DNA of 64,000 nucleotides from Ramazzottius varieornatus (Eukaryota; Animalia; Tardigrada), in the NCBI GenBank assembly GCA_001949185.1, contig BDGG01000016.1, positions 434,001 to 498,000 of the forward strand, read 5' to 3'. Positions 24,301 to 36,833 of this stretch are shown piece after piece (positions within the stretch are counted from its first letter, which is position 1; each line of letters starts with the position of its first letter). Under the pieces are notes generated by a model. The model was not told where the DNA came from. It made no database searches and saw nothing but the letters and a program-made list of their open reading frames with translations. The translations under genes and the position numbers were made by a program.

Positions 24301-27300
24301 CTGAAAACACCAAGAAGGTCATCACGTACTTTGCCACGGTCGGTGCTTCCGAAAAATCGACCACTGCCGATCCATCCAAGGTGAGTACAGTGGATGACAT
24401 TCCCTCCCAAGTTTCCCATTCCTCGTTTTAGTTTCCTTCCTTCATCCTACCCAGGATCAATCCCAGTTTCCCATCAATCATTCCTACCATCCCCACCGAT
24501 CCTAGCATCTTCCAGATTGAGTACCGAATTCCCTCATTACTTGGCTCCGATACCTTATCCACCTCGCATTCTGAAACCCTTTTTTGACTCCAAATAAATA
24601 TTCCACCAAAATATCCATCTTTTAAATGTAGTTTCCTTCTCTATTTTCCCGCCTTACTTCCTGTTTTCCCATGAAGCCACGCCCTGTAGATATTCCTTCC
24701 CGCCAGTACACTTCCTCTTCCCAACCGAATACCGTGCCGGTTATTTTCTTACGCATGTTTCCGCTTACGCAACAGCATGTCGCTTTTGTATAATATGCTC
24801 GACGTCCAGTGGATATCTACTTCTCGAAAGATTCTGACATCAAATAATATATTTGTGTTTTTAATGGAAACCATCAGGGTACCTTGGAAGATCAGATCGT
24901 CCAAGCCAACCCTGTTCTGGAAGCTTTCGGTAACGCCAAGACCGTCCGTAATGACAACTCTTCCCGTTTCGTAAGTATACCAGTAACGAATCCATCTTCG
25001 CTGATGCAATGAACCGTCGAGTTTATGTTTACCATCTGTTCTCATTCAGGGTAAATTCATCCGTATCCACTTCGGTACCACCGGAAAGTTGTCTGGAGCC
25101 GACATTGAGAGCTGTACGTTTCCCTAACAGTAGTTTCTCGCCCATACTAATGATACTACTAAATCTGGTTTTGAGACTAATAAGCATCTTTTTCATTATA
25201 GACCTGTTGGAGAAGTCCCGTATCGTCTACCAGCAGCCGCTGGAACGATCGTACCACATCTTCTACCAGATCACATCCGGTGGCGTGCCAGGCTTGAAGG
25301 AGAAGCTGCTGTTGACCGAAGACATCTCGGCCTACCACTTTGTGGCTCAAGGCAAAACCACCGTTGAGGGTATGGACGACGCCAAGGAAATGAAGGAAAC
25401 ACATTACGCTTTCGGTGTCCTGGGTTTCTCGACCGAAGAGGTTGAACAAGTGTACTCGCTGGTCTCGGCTGTCATGAACTTTGGTGGTATGAAGTTCAAG
25501 CAGCGACCTCGTGAGGAACAGGCCGAAACCGACGGTACTGAGTACGCCGAGAAGGTCGGCCATCTCTGCGGCATTAACCCCGCACAACTCATCACCGCCA
25601 TCACCAAGCCCAAAGTCAAAGTCGGCACTGAAATCGTCACCAAGGGTCAAAACAAGGACCAGGTAATATATCCCCTGAACTCGATGGCATGTTTTTTTGA
25701 TCCCAAAAATAGAATCGGCATAATCTTTCTTGGAAGCGGTGTACGCTTGCAGCGGCTGACACCGATCGAATGCGCCACTTTGGAGAAAAATCATACTCGA
25801 CCAGATCGTTTTCCCAAGCGGCGCACGTTTCCAGCTATTCTTCCTGAAACGTGCGCCACTTGGGAAATGATCGGATCGAGTCTTTTCGCCGAACCCCAAT
25901 TATCAAATATCGCAACTGATGCATTGATTCTGAGCTTTTTAGTGTACCAACTCGGTGGCCGCTTTGGCCAAGGCTCTCTTCAACCGTCTCTTCTTGTGGC
26001 TGGTCATCCGTGTCAACGTCACTCTGGAGACCAAGGCCAAGCGTCAGTTCTTCATCGGTGTCTTGGATATTGCCGGCTTCGAGATCTTCGACTCCAACGG
26101 TTTTGAACAGATCTGCATCAACTTCACCAACGAGAAGCTGCAACAGTTCTTTAACCACCACATGTTCGTCCTGGAACAGGAAGAGTACAAGCGTGAGGGT
26201 ATCGAATGGGAGTTCATCGATTTCGGTCTCGACCTCCAGTCCACCATCGACTTGATCGAGAAGGTATAACTCACCTTATTTCGTATCTTGAATTAATACT
26301 TGATATCTTCTGTCGGGTTTAGCCTTTGGGTATCTTCTCCATCCTGGAAGAAGAGTCTATGTTCCCCAAAGCCACTGATGACACCTTCAAGGAGAAGCTG
26401 TACCAGAACCATTTGGGCAAGTCTCCCAACTTCACCAAGCCCAAGATTGGTATGAAGGGTGCCGAAGGTGCCCACTTCTCCATCAGCCATTACGCCGGCG
26501 TTGTGCCCTACAACATCACGGGCTGGCTGGAAAAGAACAAGGATCCCCTCAACGACAACGTGGTCGAACTCTTCAAGAAGGCAGGCAACCCCCTGTTGTG
26601 CAAGGTCTTCGCAGACCCTGCCGATCTCGAAGACCCAGCTGCCGCCAGCGCCAAGGGTACATCACTTTAATTTCTTTTTTCAGTTAGAAAAGTAACCATC
26701 CATTAAAACTGATATCTGGGACATCAGCAGATGAGTCACTCATATCGCTTTCGGAAGTGGCGCACTCTTGTAGCCAATAATAAAGAAAACGTGCGCCACT
26801 TGAGATGACGGTTTGGGTGAAGTCATAAAATTTACCGGCGTCCCGTCTAATGGATGAATATTTGACTGTAGCAGCTTTTGTGCGTTTTATCAATTTCATA
26901 CCTTATTTTGACAGGTGGTAAGGGTAAGAAGGGTGCCTCCTTCATGACGGTCAGTGCGCTGTACCGTGAGCAACTGGCCAAGTTGATGGCCACCTTGAAG
27001 GCTACTCACCCTCACTTCGTCCGTTGCATCATTCCCAACGAAATGAAGCAACCTGGAGTGGTTGATGCCCACTTGGTCATGCACCAGCTGACCTGTAACG
27101 GCGTGTTGGAAGGAATCCGTATCTGCCGAAAGGGCTTCCCCAACCGCATGGTTTTCTCCGACTTCAAGCAACGCTACACAATTTTGGCGGCCAGCGTCAT
27201 CCCCAAGGGCTTCAGCGATGCCAAGGCCACCAGCCAAAAGATCTTGGACCACATTCAACTCGACCCTGCCGAGTGGCGAATGGGTAACACCAAGGTACGA

Positions 27301-30300
27301 ATTTTGTTTGTCCTAACTTCCGTTCGAGTTGATTGACATGTTACTTCCTGGTCCGCAGGTCTTCTTCAAAGCCGGTATCCTCGGTCACTTGGAAGAACTC
27401 CGCGATGACCGTCTGTCCGGTATTCTGGCCATGTTGCAAGCTCACATTCGAGCTTACTTGAACCAGCTGACCTACAAGAAGCTCCGAGAACAACGGTAAG
27501 AATAGTTCTGAATATTTTGTTCATCGCCTGATAACATGCGCATGTTATGTGCTGTAACACAGTTCCTGCTGCGCGAACTTATCGGAGCTGTAAGGCACTC
27601 CACGCTAGCCGCGCAGCTTCAACATGGTTAAAGTGAATGCAGCGCGCGAAGCGAAATGGGTTAATGCCTTTTTTGATTTTTGCAGAGTGGCTCTTGTGGT
27701 CCTTCAACGCAACATCAAGAAGTTCTTGCAGTTGCGCAACTGGGCCTGGTGGAAGTTGTACCAGAAGATCAAGCCTCTGCTCATGTCCGCCAAGGTGGAA
27801 GACGAGCTCAAGGCTAAGGATGAGGAGATCAAGAAGCTGAAGGAGGACCTGGAGAAGGAAGGCAAGCTTCGCAAGGAGTACGAAGAGAAGGCCGTCACCT
27901 TGTTGAAGGACAAGAACGACCTCTTCATCCGGCTGCAAGCCGAGCAGTCGGGCGCGTCCGAGATCGAAGAGAAGATTGCCGTGGTCACCCGCCAAAAGGG
28001 AGAACTCGAGTCACAGCTTCGTGACATAGAAGCCAGCCTGGCTGATGCCGAAAGCAACACCAGCAACGTCCAAGCAGCCAAGCGGAAGCTGGAGCAAGAC
28101 ATCCAGAACCTCAAGAAGCAGATCGAGGAGAATGAACTGACCATCCAAAAGGCCGAACAGGACAAGTCGTCCAAGGACCACCAGATTCGCAACTTGAACG
28201 ATGAGATGGCTCGCCAAGACGAGCTCATCGCCAAATTGAACAAGGAAAAGAAGCACTTGGAAGAGGTCAGTTAAATATTTATTGTGATCATTATAATGTT
28301 ATTTGACCGTCGTCGCTTCTGCAGGTCAGCAGTAAGACCGCGGAAGATCTGCAAGGTGAGGAGAACAAGGTGAACCACCTGAACAAAGTCAAGGCCAAGT
28401 TGGAGCAGACTCTGGACGAGCTGGAAGACAACCTCGAACGCGAGAAGCGCCTCCGCGGTGACGTTGAGAAGGCCAAGAGGAAGCTGGAACAGGACCTCAA
28501 GGGTACCCAAGACAGCGTTGCTGATTTGGAAAAGAGCAAGCGCGAGCTCGAACAATCGCTCTCCAAGTTCGTTATCTATATCTTAGACGATATTATGAGG
28601 AGATTTTAACTGTGAGAATCGGAAAAATGTTTCCCATTGTATTGCAGGCGAGACGTTGAGCTGAACAGCCTCAACAGCAAGCTTGAGGATGAGCACGGTT
28701 TGGTAGCCAAGCTCCAGCGCCAGATCAAGGAACACCAGGGTCGTCTGGAAGAAATGGAGGAAGAGCTTGAAGGGGAACGCCAAGCTCGTCAGAAGGTGGA
28801 GAAGCAGCGCGCTGATCTGGCTCGCGAACTGGAAGAGCTCTCTGAACGCATGGAAGAAGGCGGTCAGATGAGCTCCGGCCAGATTGAGATGAACAAGAAG
28901 CGCGATGCTGAGTTGGCCAAGCTCCGCCGTGAAATGGAGGACCGCAACATCCAGCACGAGACCATCATCCAGAGCCTGCGCAAGAAGAACGCCGATGCCG
29001 TCAGCGAGCTCGGTGACCAGGTAGACCAGCTCAACAAGATCAAGGCCAAGTTGGAGAAGGACAAGGCCCAGATGAAGGTAGAGCTGGACGACCTGCAGGG
29101 AACTGTCGACTCTGCCGTCAAGGGCCGTGCTCAGTCTGAGAAGCAAGTCAAGGCCTTGGAAGCCCAGATTGCCGACCTCTCCAGCCGCTTGGACGAAGCC
29201 ACCCGCAACTTGAACGAGTTCGGATCTGGTAAGCTGCTACAGTCAATATATAGAAAAACTTTCCCAATAGAATAATATTTCAGCGGCTAGCAACCGAAAC
29301 GTCTTCATTTCACGTACCTGCATACACAGAACCGAGCATTTAGTGCCGGAAAGAGGTATGCAGATGCGTGATCGGAACTGGGCTGATGGTTAATTTGATA
29401 CGATATTGTAGGCAAGAACCGTCTGACCGGTGAGAACGCCGACTTAGCCCGACAGCTGGAGGAAGCTGAGGCTCAGATCAGCCAGTTGCAGAAGGTGAAG
29501 AGCAACCTGACTGCCCAGTTGGAGGAAGCCAAGCGTGCCGCCGAAGACGAGTCGCGCGACAAGCAAGCTATCACCTCCAAGTTCCGCAACCTCGAAGCTG
29601 ACTATGAACACCTCCGTGACAGCGTCGAGGAGGAACAGGAAGGCCGTGCTGAACTCCAGCGACAACTGGTCAAAGCCAACAGCGAAGCCCAGACCTGGAG
29701 AGCCAAGTACGAAGGTGAAGGTATGAGCCGCGCCGAAGAACTGGAAGAGGCCAAGAGGAAGCTCCAGGCCAAACTGCAGGAAGCGGAGGAACACGTCGAG
29801 GCTGCCAACGCCAAGGTCCTCAGCTTGGAGAAAGTTAAGCAACGCCTGTCCGGTGAACTGGAAGATCTGGCCATCGATGTCGAACGAGTACGTAATAACT
29901 CCAATATTGTTAAAGAGGATAGATGGGAGCTTAGCAAGCAAACCCGACAACAAGAGTTCCAGCTGGCGCATTTTTCGAGGTTTTTGGTTGACAACTTGCG
30001 CCACTTGGAAGATAATCGTATCGAGTTTGTTTACTTATGTCCCAGAATTGGAAGAAAATAATAATTCTTTGATTTTGTCGATCCAGTTTAATTATGCATT
30101 CTTCTGTTTAGGCCAACACTAACGCCAACAACTTGGAGAAGAAGCAGAAGGCCTTCGATAAGACCATTGCCGAATGGAAGCAGAAGTGCGACGACTTAGC
30201 TGCCGAGCTGGACGCTTCTCAGCGCGAAGCCCGCAACTACAGCACCGAGCTCTTCAAGATGAAGGCTGGTCAGGAGGAGGCCGCCGAACAAGTCGAGGCT

Positions 30301-31945
30301 CTCCGTCGCGAGAACAAGAACTTGGCCGATGAGATCAAGGACATGGCCGACCAGCTGGGTGAAGGTGGTCGCAGCGTCCACGAACTGGCCAAGAGCCGAA
30401 AGCGATTGGAGGTTGAGAAGGAGGAACTCCAGCAAGCCTTGGAAGAGGCTGAAGCTGCCCTCGAAAACGAGGAAGCCAAGGTACCCGACTATGAATTTTT
30501 GTAATATGACATATGACATGACATTCATTCCGTTGTGATGTAATTTATCATAATGTGTCTGCAGGTTCTCCGAGCTCAACTGGAAGTTTCTCAGATCCGA
30601 TCGGAGATCGACAAGCGTCTGCAAGAGAAGGACGAGGAGTTTGAAACCACCCGCAAGAACCACCAACGCGCCCTGGACTCGATGCAAGCTAGCTTGGAAG
30701 CCGAGTCGCGCGGTCGCGCTGAGGCTCTCCGTCTGAAGAAGAAGCTCGAGTCGGACATCAACGAGCTGGAGATTGCCGTTGACCACGCCAACAAGGCCAA
30801 CGCTGAGGCCCAAAAGAACGTCAAGAAGTACCAACAACAAATCAAGGACCTCCAAGCCCAAGTCGAGGACGAACAACGCGCTCGTGACGATGCCCGCGAG
30901 CAGATGAACTCGGCCGAACGACGCGCCAACTCGCTGCAGTCGGAAGTCGACGAGCTCCGAAACACCTTGGACCAAGCTGAACGCCTTCGCAAGGCTGCGG
31001 AGAGCGAACTCAATGACGCCAACGAACGTCTGGCTGAACTGACCGCATCCAACACCTCGATGGCCGCCGGAAAACGCAAGCTGGAAGCCGAACTTGCTGG
31101 ACTCCACGTAAGAAAGAAAATTAATAGTAAACTGGTTTGGCTGAATCACTTGCACGTCTTAAATAGTAAAAACTAATTTTTTATTTTAGCACGATTTGGA
31201 CACGTTGTTGAACGAAGTCCGAGGATCGGAAGAGAAATCGAAGAAAGCCATGGCCGATGCTGCTCGTCTGGCTGACGAACTCCGCCAGGAGCAGGAGCAC
31301 GCCATGAACATCGAGAAGAACCGCAAGGGACTGGAGACGCAAGTCAAGGAACTCCAGGTTCGCTTGGACGAGGCCGAAAGTGCAGCCATCAAGGGTGGTA
31401 AGCGCATCATCCAGAAGTTGGAAGAGCGCACTCGCGAGCTGGAGACCGAGTTGGATGCCGAACAACGCCGCCACGCCGAGACCGTCAAGAATGTCCGCAA
31501 GCACGAACGTCGCACCAAGGAGCTGCAGTTCCAGGGTGAGGAGGACAAGAAGAACTACCAGCGCATGCAAGACTTGGTTGACAAGCTGCAACAGAAAATC
31601 AAGACCTACAAGCGCCAGATCGAAGAGACCGAGGAAGTGGCCGGCATGAACTTACAAAAGTTCCGCAAACTCCAGACCGAACTCGAGTCGTCGGAGGAAC
31701 GTGCCGAGATTGCCGAACAGACGTTGTCCAAGCTGCGCGCCAAAAACCGAAGTGGCACTGAAGGACCATCGGTCCCTGCTTCTGGGGGACGAGTTGTAAG
31801 CCACTAAATCCTTCCTTCACTAGAAATTCCTTTCCCACTACTGTACGTTTCGTTGTAGGGTGGTGGCCCCACTGGTGGCGCTAACCGCGCTGTGCCTCCT
31901 CCTCGACGATCGGCTGCCCGCGCTGGCACTGCTGATGCTGAATAA
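21366..31945 (+). CDS. Mhc: Muscle myosin II heavy chain with three alternative P-loop/loop-1 exons
   Basis: Exons 21366-21575, 21662-21805, 22526-22682, 22912-22939, [23083-23197 | 23745-23856 | 24278-24380], 24878-24970, 25050-25113, 25202-25662, 25943-26263, 26323-26656, 26915-27294, 27359-27495, 27686-28265, 28325-28566, 28648-29228, 29412-29887, 30112-30480, 30565-31107, 31190-31795, 31859-31945; [42 protein letters not shown] and a coiled-coil rod. Confidence 0.97.
23271..23315. repeat. (CCAAC/CCAAT)n microsatellite between myosin exons 5a and 5b
   Basis: accaatccaatccaacccaacccaacccaacccaactctacccaa. Confidence 0.8.
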
Positions 31946-32362
31946 GCCTAGGAACTTTGCTTTGTCATCACAGTATCTGCTAGAACCCTTTTCGGCTTTT
32001 CTTCTTCTGTGCACCCTTTCTCAGATACATTTGAATTTCGACGATGAAATGCACTAACTGCTTCGAATTCTACCCTGTTTCTCGTGCAAAGTTTCTATCA
32101 CAACTGAGCCTGTTCCTGTTTCCCAGCTTTTATTCTTGACAACTTCAAAGGTACTGCCGAGCATAGTCTTGAGAAATAAAATGAATATTGAAAACCTCGT
32201 TCTGTCCGGAACGAGATTATCACTACGTACAGTCAGAACGCCTGGGAGGACGGTAAAGACATACAAGATCAAGTGGCGCTCTTTTTCATTGTTATTGGCT
32301 GGATCTGTGCGCCACTCAAGATATCGGTCTTCTTCGTTTCGTTTTCGGCCCATGACAAAAAT

Positions 32363-34003
32363 TTACACCAGACACATTTTAGTATTCTCGAAAATGGTAA
32401 AGTCATTAGAAAACGGAAAAGGAGGAGGCGGTATCTTCGTGAGAATTCTCTCTGTCGCCACGCGAGCCAGGAGCCGCCCGAAGAAAGCAAGATCCATGGA
32501 ATTTAACTTGGGACCGTCGTACGTTGGTCCGAAAGCCAAGTCACGCTTGTCCAATTGTTAAAATTTACTGCGAATGCACCACGACTGATTTACAGTATAC
32601 ATCAGTTCATCTTTATATACTTGGCGGTCTCACTTTCCGCCCAGATTCGATACAGGAACCTGGTTCCCTCCAGCGCTGCATAGTCTAAGCTCCTGAGCGC
32701 ATCCAATAGCCACTGCGGCTGCTCGTCCTTGTACGGCCAGAGAACTTCCTTCGCATCCAGTTCTATCCACAACCAGCTCTCGTCTGACTTGGCCCCGGCG
32801 GCGCTAGAAGAAGCGTCAAAGTCCAGACGAGGAACCCGGGGTACGAACTTCCATATCATCTTCAATTCGAGACCTAGACGCTTCGCTCCTGGACATTCCG
32901 GTACAACTGTACCACTCGCATCATGGATAGCTTGCTCCCAGAACGCATCCAACACTGTCGGCCTTGCGTGAAAGTCAAACACATCAAGGAAGGAATCCAC
33001 AAAACCGACCGTCTCCACCTCACAGTTCTTGAGAATCCAGTTGAAGGCTTTCATCCATTCATCACTAGGAGGAAACTCGAATCCTTGGACTGTAACTTTC
33101 TTCGGTGAGGGGAAGAGAACTAGACGCCTGCAAATCTGCTTACACTTTTCCGGACAACGGCAAAGGTTGAAGTACGTGTCAAACCATTCACTCTCTCGGC
33201 CAGGCGCTTCGAGGAAAATCAAGTTCGTAAAGGATCTTAAGCCTAACAAACTAAAACTATCCTTGACCTTTGATCGGTCTTCCTTCTCCGGCAGAGAACT
33301 TTTAACAAATTCGCCCAGCTCACTGTACAGACGCGATGTCAACGGTTCCAGGACAGCAACACTTCTGCTTTGCCAGGTAGTTCGAGCCAGCATGGATTTC
33401 CATTCAGGTGTCAAGCTACAAAACAAGTTCAAACGAATATTCGATACCTTGTAGGCAAACAAAATCGACAAGATCGTTCTTCCAACTGGCGCACTCTCTC
33501 AGCCAGTACTCTATTCCCTCGAAAGTTCTGTGACTCTCGTGGTAAATATCATCCGGCGGGGAACAGAAAGTACTGTATCTATACCTTCAATCAACAACTG
33601 CTCCCCAGCCAAGTGCAATGATGGGCGACAATCAAACAATCAGGGATACCAGTGCGGGTGTAATTTACTGGCATGATGACGTGATTCGCAGAACTATCGA
33701 GGGAATACAGTACCACTGAGAACATGCGCCACTTCGATGATAATCTTGTCGAGTTCCTCTGCCGAGCTCCCATGTTATAACGATAAATCGAAACACAGCG
33801 TCCACCCCACCTTTCTAGTCTTTTGTAGTTCCAGCTGTCTAAGAAGCTAAAATTTCTTCCACGACGTGTTACGGAAGACGTTGGAGCAGTTCGCCGAAGG
33901 TGTAATCACTTGAAAGAAGTCCCGTCTCGTCATCCATCCCCACCGTCTTCCGCTTCTTCGCTTGCAGTTGCTTCCGACTTGACTTTCCTCTTCTCTTCGG
34001 CAT
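32363..34003 (-). pseudogene. F-box-like family pseudogene (copy 2)
   Basis: Exons 34003-33811, 33415-32621, 32567-32363; F-box FGELLQRLP*HVVEEI(F)SFLDSWNYKRLE has TAA at 33869-33871 and a 1-nt deletion near 33850; second TAA at 32558-32560; C-terminal LNSMDLAFFGRLL...PPPPFPFSNDF. Confidence 0.75.
33509..33710. mobile_element. Tc1/mariner-pogo-type MITE (~200 bp), nested in the spacer of a palindromic element
   Basis: TIR CT(C/G)TATTCCCTCGA(A/T)AGTTCTG, TA on both sides; near-identical to 43604-43809. Confidence 0.85.
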
Positions 34004-34382
34004 TCTCCCGTCACTCGCGCACGTTCCTGCAAACAAAAGACAGGACAAACTAAGAAGATCGCGACCTAATCTTGAGGGAAGTGGAAAATATAACTGTAGA
34101 AGAAAATTCCTGAGAAATTTTGAATTTGATACCAGTCCCAATCAATAATCGATCGAAAGACTAACGCTCTGGCACCATGACGTATTCCCGGTTCCAACTT
34201 CCAACCAGGAAGTTCCAAGTCTGCCATTAGCACAATGCGAGTCCCTTCGCACTTCGCAGCATAGGATAACTTGCGAGTTGCGACCGTCAACACTTCTTAT
34301 CTACCGTATGCGGGAAAGTAGATTACATTTTGAGTTTCAAACCTGTGGGTAAATGAGATGAGAACTTGGATTCGCAGAAGAA

Positions 34383-36833
34383 CTAGCGTCCTGACGCTAC
34401 AAAGCTAAAGTGAATTTCATCCGGGAACGGAAAAGGAGGGGGCTGGAACCCTGGAATGGGCTTGAGCTTGTCCATTGCTACGAGAAGTCTACCGAGAAAA
34501 GCCAGATCTAGATTGCTGAGCATACGGGCATCGCTTGTCGCCAGTGTGGTCAAGTCGAGTGTTTCAAGGTGTACTTTCCATCCGGAGTGGCGGAAGTAGT
34601 TGTCCATAAAATAAATGCTCCTGAAACCGAAATATGAGTGAAGAGATACCAAGAAAAGGAGCTATAATGCAGCGATTCCAATTCTCGGAACTGGCGCGTT
34701 TTTGCTCTTTACGAAAATTTTCCATTACCATATCTGGAAAAAACCATCACGGAAAAAGTCATCTCGGGAGAGGAGCAATCTCCGGACCCATCACGTATTT
34801 CTGATTACTGGCTGGAACGAGGAAGTAGAATATACCTCATAACTGTCGTAATTTCTTGTCGAAGGTTCTACATGTATAATCCTCTCATTCGAGTATATAT
34901 ACTTGATTATCATAAATTCACAACGAATACAATAATGAAGAGGTAGGTACAATTAATGGAGATGCTAGAACGGATGCGGATGCGATGGTCATTAGCACGT
35001 CCTTTATAACCACACCAATCACTTCCGCCACGTTATTCTTGACAATAGCAGCATTGCGAATTAACTTATGTTTGGACAAAGATAGAAACCGCGTGTCCGT
35101 TCCGCTCTTGCATGGACTGCACACCAACAGAAAATTATTTTGTTCAGTTTGCAGAACGGATGTAAATAACACAGGACCGCCGTAGTAGTCTACGGGAATA
35201 TAACAGGGATTACGACAATTAATAAATTTCGGAGTTTTTGTGATCCTTCCTGGTTGCTCCCGCACTGTATTTCCGGGTCTTCCGTTCAAACCACCATATA
35301 TTTCAATCAACCGAATGTTGTGTCGCGTTATCGCTCATGTAGGACGCGGTGCATTTCGCGCTTTTCTCAATTTACGTAAAGTCATATAGAAGTCATGACG
35401 AGAAGCTATCACGGACTTCCGTCAAGAGCTCCGAAATGAGTGATTCCACTTCTCCTGTCATAACCGACTCGGAATGATCGAAAGTAGAATCACTCATTAC
35501 GGAGCTCCTGACGGAGGTCCGTAATGGTTCTCCGCGATGAAGTGGAATCGCTGCATAAGCTACTAATCCTGAAAAAATGCGCCACTTGGGAAAGTAATCT
35601 TGCCGAGTGTGTTTGCCGAGCTCTCGAATACTTTTAGAGTCCTTTACATACCGGGGTAGCTGCCAGGCTGTGTCCGCGTCCCTCACCGCTTGGAGTACCG
35701 CTCCATCCAAACGACCCAGCGACCCCAACAACCACTGCAGCTGCTCTTCAGGGTAAGGCCAGATGAGCTTATGACTGTCAAGGTACTTGAGGACAAACGA
35801 CTGACTGTCATCCTCACCCGACGAAGTTCGACGGATCTCAAGGAACGGTACTCGGATTTCCATCGTCCACTTGTTCATGTAATAAGCCACGGAGGAAAAG
35901 GATTTTCTGGATAACGGTCTAACGTCTCTGCTGATGTTCTGCCAGAATGAGCAATCACCTTGCTGATTCAGTGTCCAGTGATCAGCTTGGAATCTGACCG
36001 AACAGTTTCGGACGGCTATCGATTCAATGGTTGGCATGGTTGGAACAGCTAACTTGCCTAAGTGGCACCAGTTGTCCTGTGCATCGAAGCGGTTTCGCAC
36101 GTACGTTAGCTTCCTCAGAGTCTCATAACTAGCTGCCGGGGCCCTGTGCCATGCACCGCGGTTGAAGGACGGTGCCGTTCCAATGAAGACAAAATGCTTG
36201 ATACTTTTTGGACTGAAGGAACCCAGCAAAGGAGAGTCGGGGTACTGAAACCCGTCCACTTCACGCGAAGCACTTGTCTGATTGAGATCCAATCGTATGT
36301 ACTGAACATCACGCTCAGTGGGCTTTTCCAAGAAAGCGATTCCTCTGCTTCGAACTATGTTCCGGGCTAACGTGGTCGCCCAGTCGGGGAAATGCCTAAG
36401 CAAACAATGAAGAACACGAACTGACCATAACAGTCAAGGCTATCTCATAACGTCACGATTAGCACGGCAAGCCATCGCCTCCGACAATGCGGCACAACAT
36501 AACATACGTGACGTCCGACGCGAAGAAAGACTGTTAGCAGCGCGTTGTGTGTTCCGCGTTCAAGCTTCAAAGTAGTTAACTCACGAGTGAGTCATGAAAC
36601 ATAACGTACTTGCTCAGTCTTTTCACCTGACGGACGTCCAAGTGGTCGAAGATCTCCTCCACAACTGTAGGTGGAACGCGCAGAAACAGTTCTTGAACCG
36701 TAAAGGGACTTTGGAGATCTTCGTCTCGAAGCGTAGTATCTGGTTTCTTCCTCTTGAAATTTGCAGCTGAGTGCGACGTTTTCTGCTTCTTCTCCGCTGT
36801 GCTACCCTGTACTGATCCAGTCTTCTTAGCCAT
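34383..36833 (-). CDS. F-box-like protein (copy 3, intact, ~401 aa)
   Basis: Exons 36833-36610, 36395-35652, 34620-34383 total 1206 nt in frame; F-box-like ELFLRVPPTVVEEIFDHLDVRQVKRLSKHFPDW; LIWPYPEEQLQWLLGSL; LSNLDLAFLGRLL...QPPPFPFPDEI. Confidence 0.75.

Noticed and set aside
25177-31591. Long minus-strand ORFs opposite Mhc (e.g. 25177-25899, 30196-31155)
   Set aside because: Antisense shadows of codon-biased myosin exons with no recognisable domains.
32558-33871. Stop-codon readthrough or recoding in F-box copy 2
   Set aside because: Two TAA stops plus a frameshift are better explained by pseudogenisation; the homopolymer deletion alone could be an assembly error.
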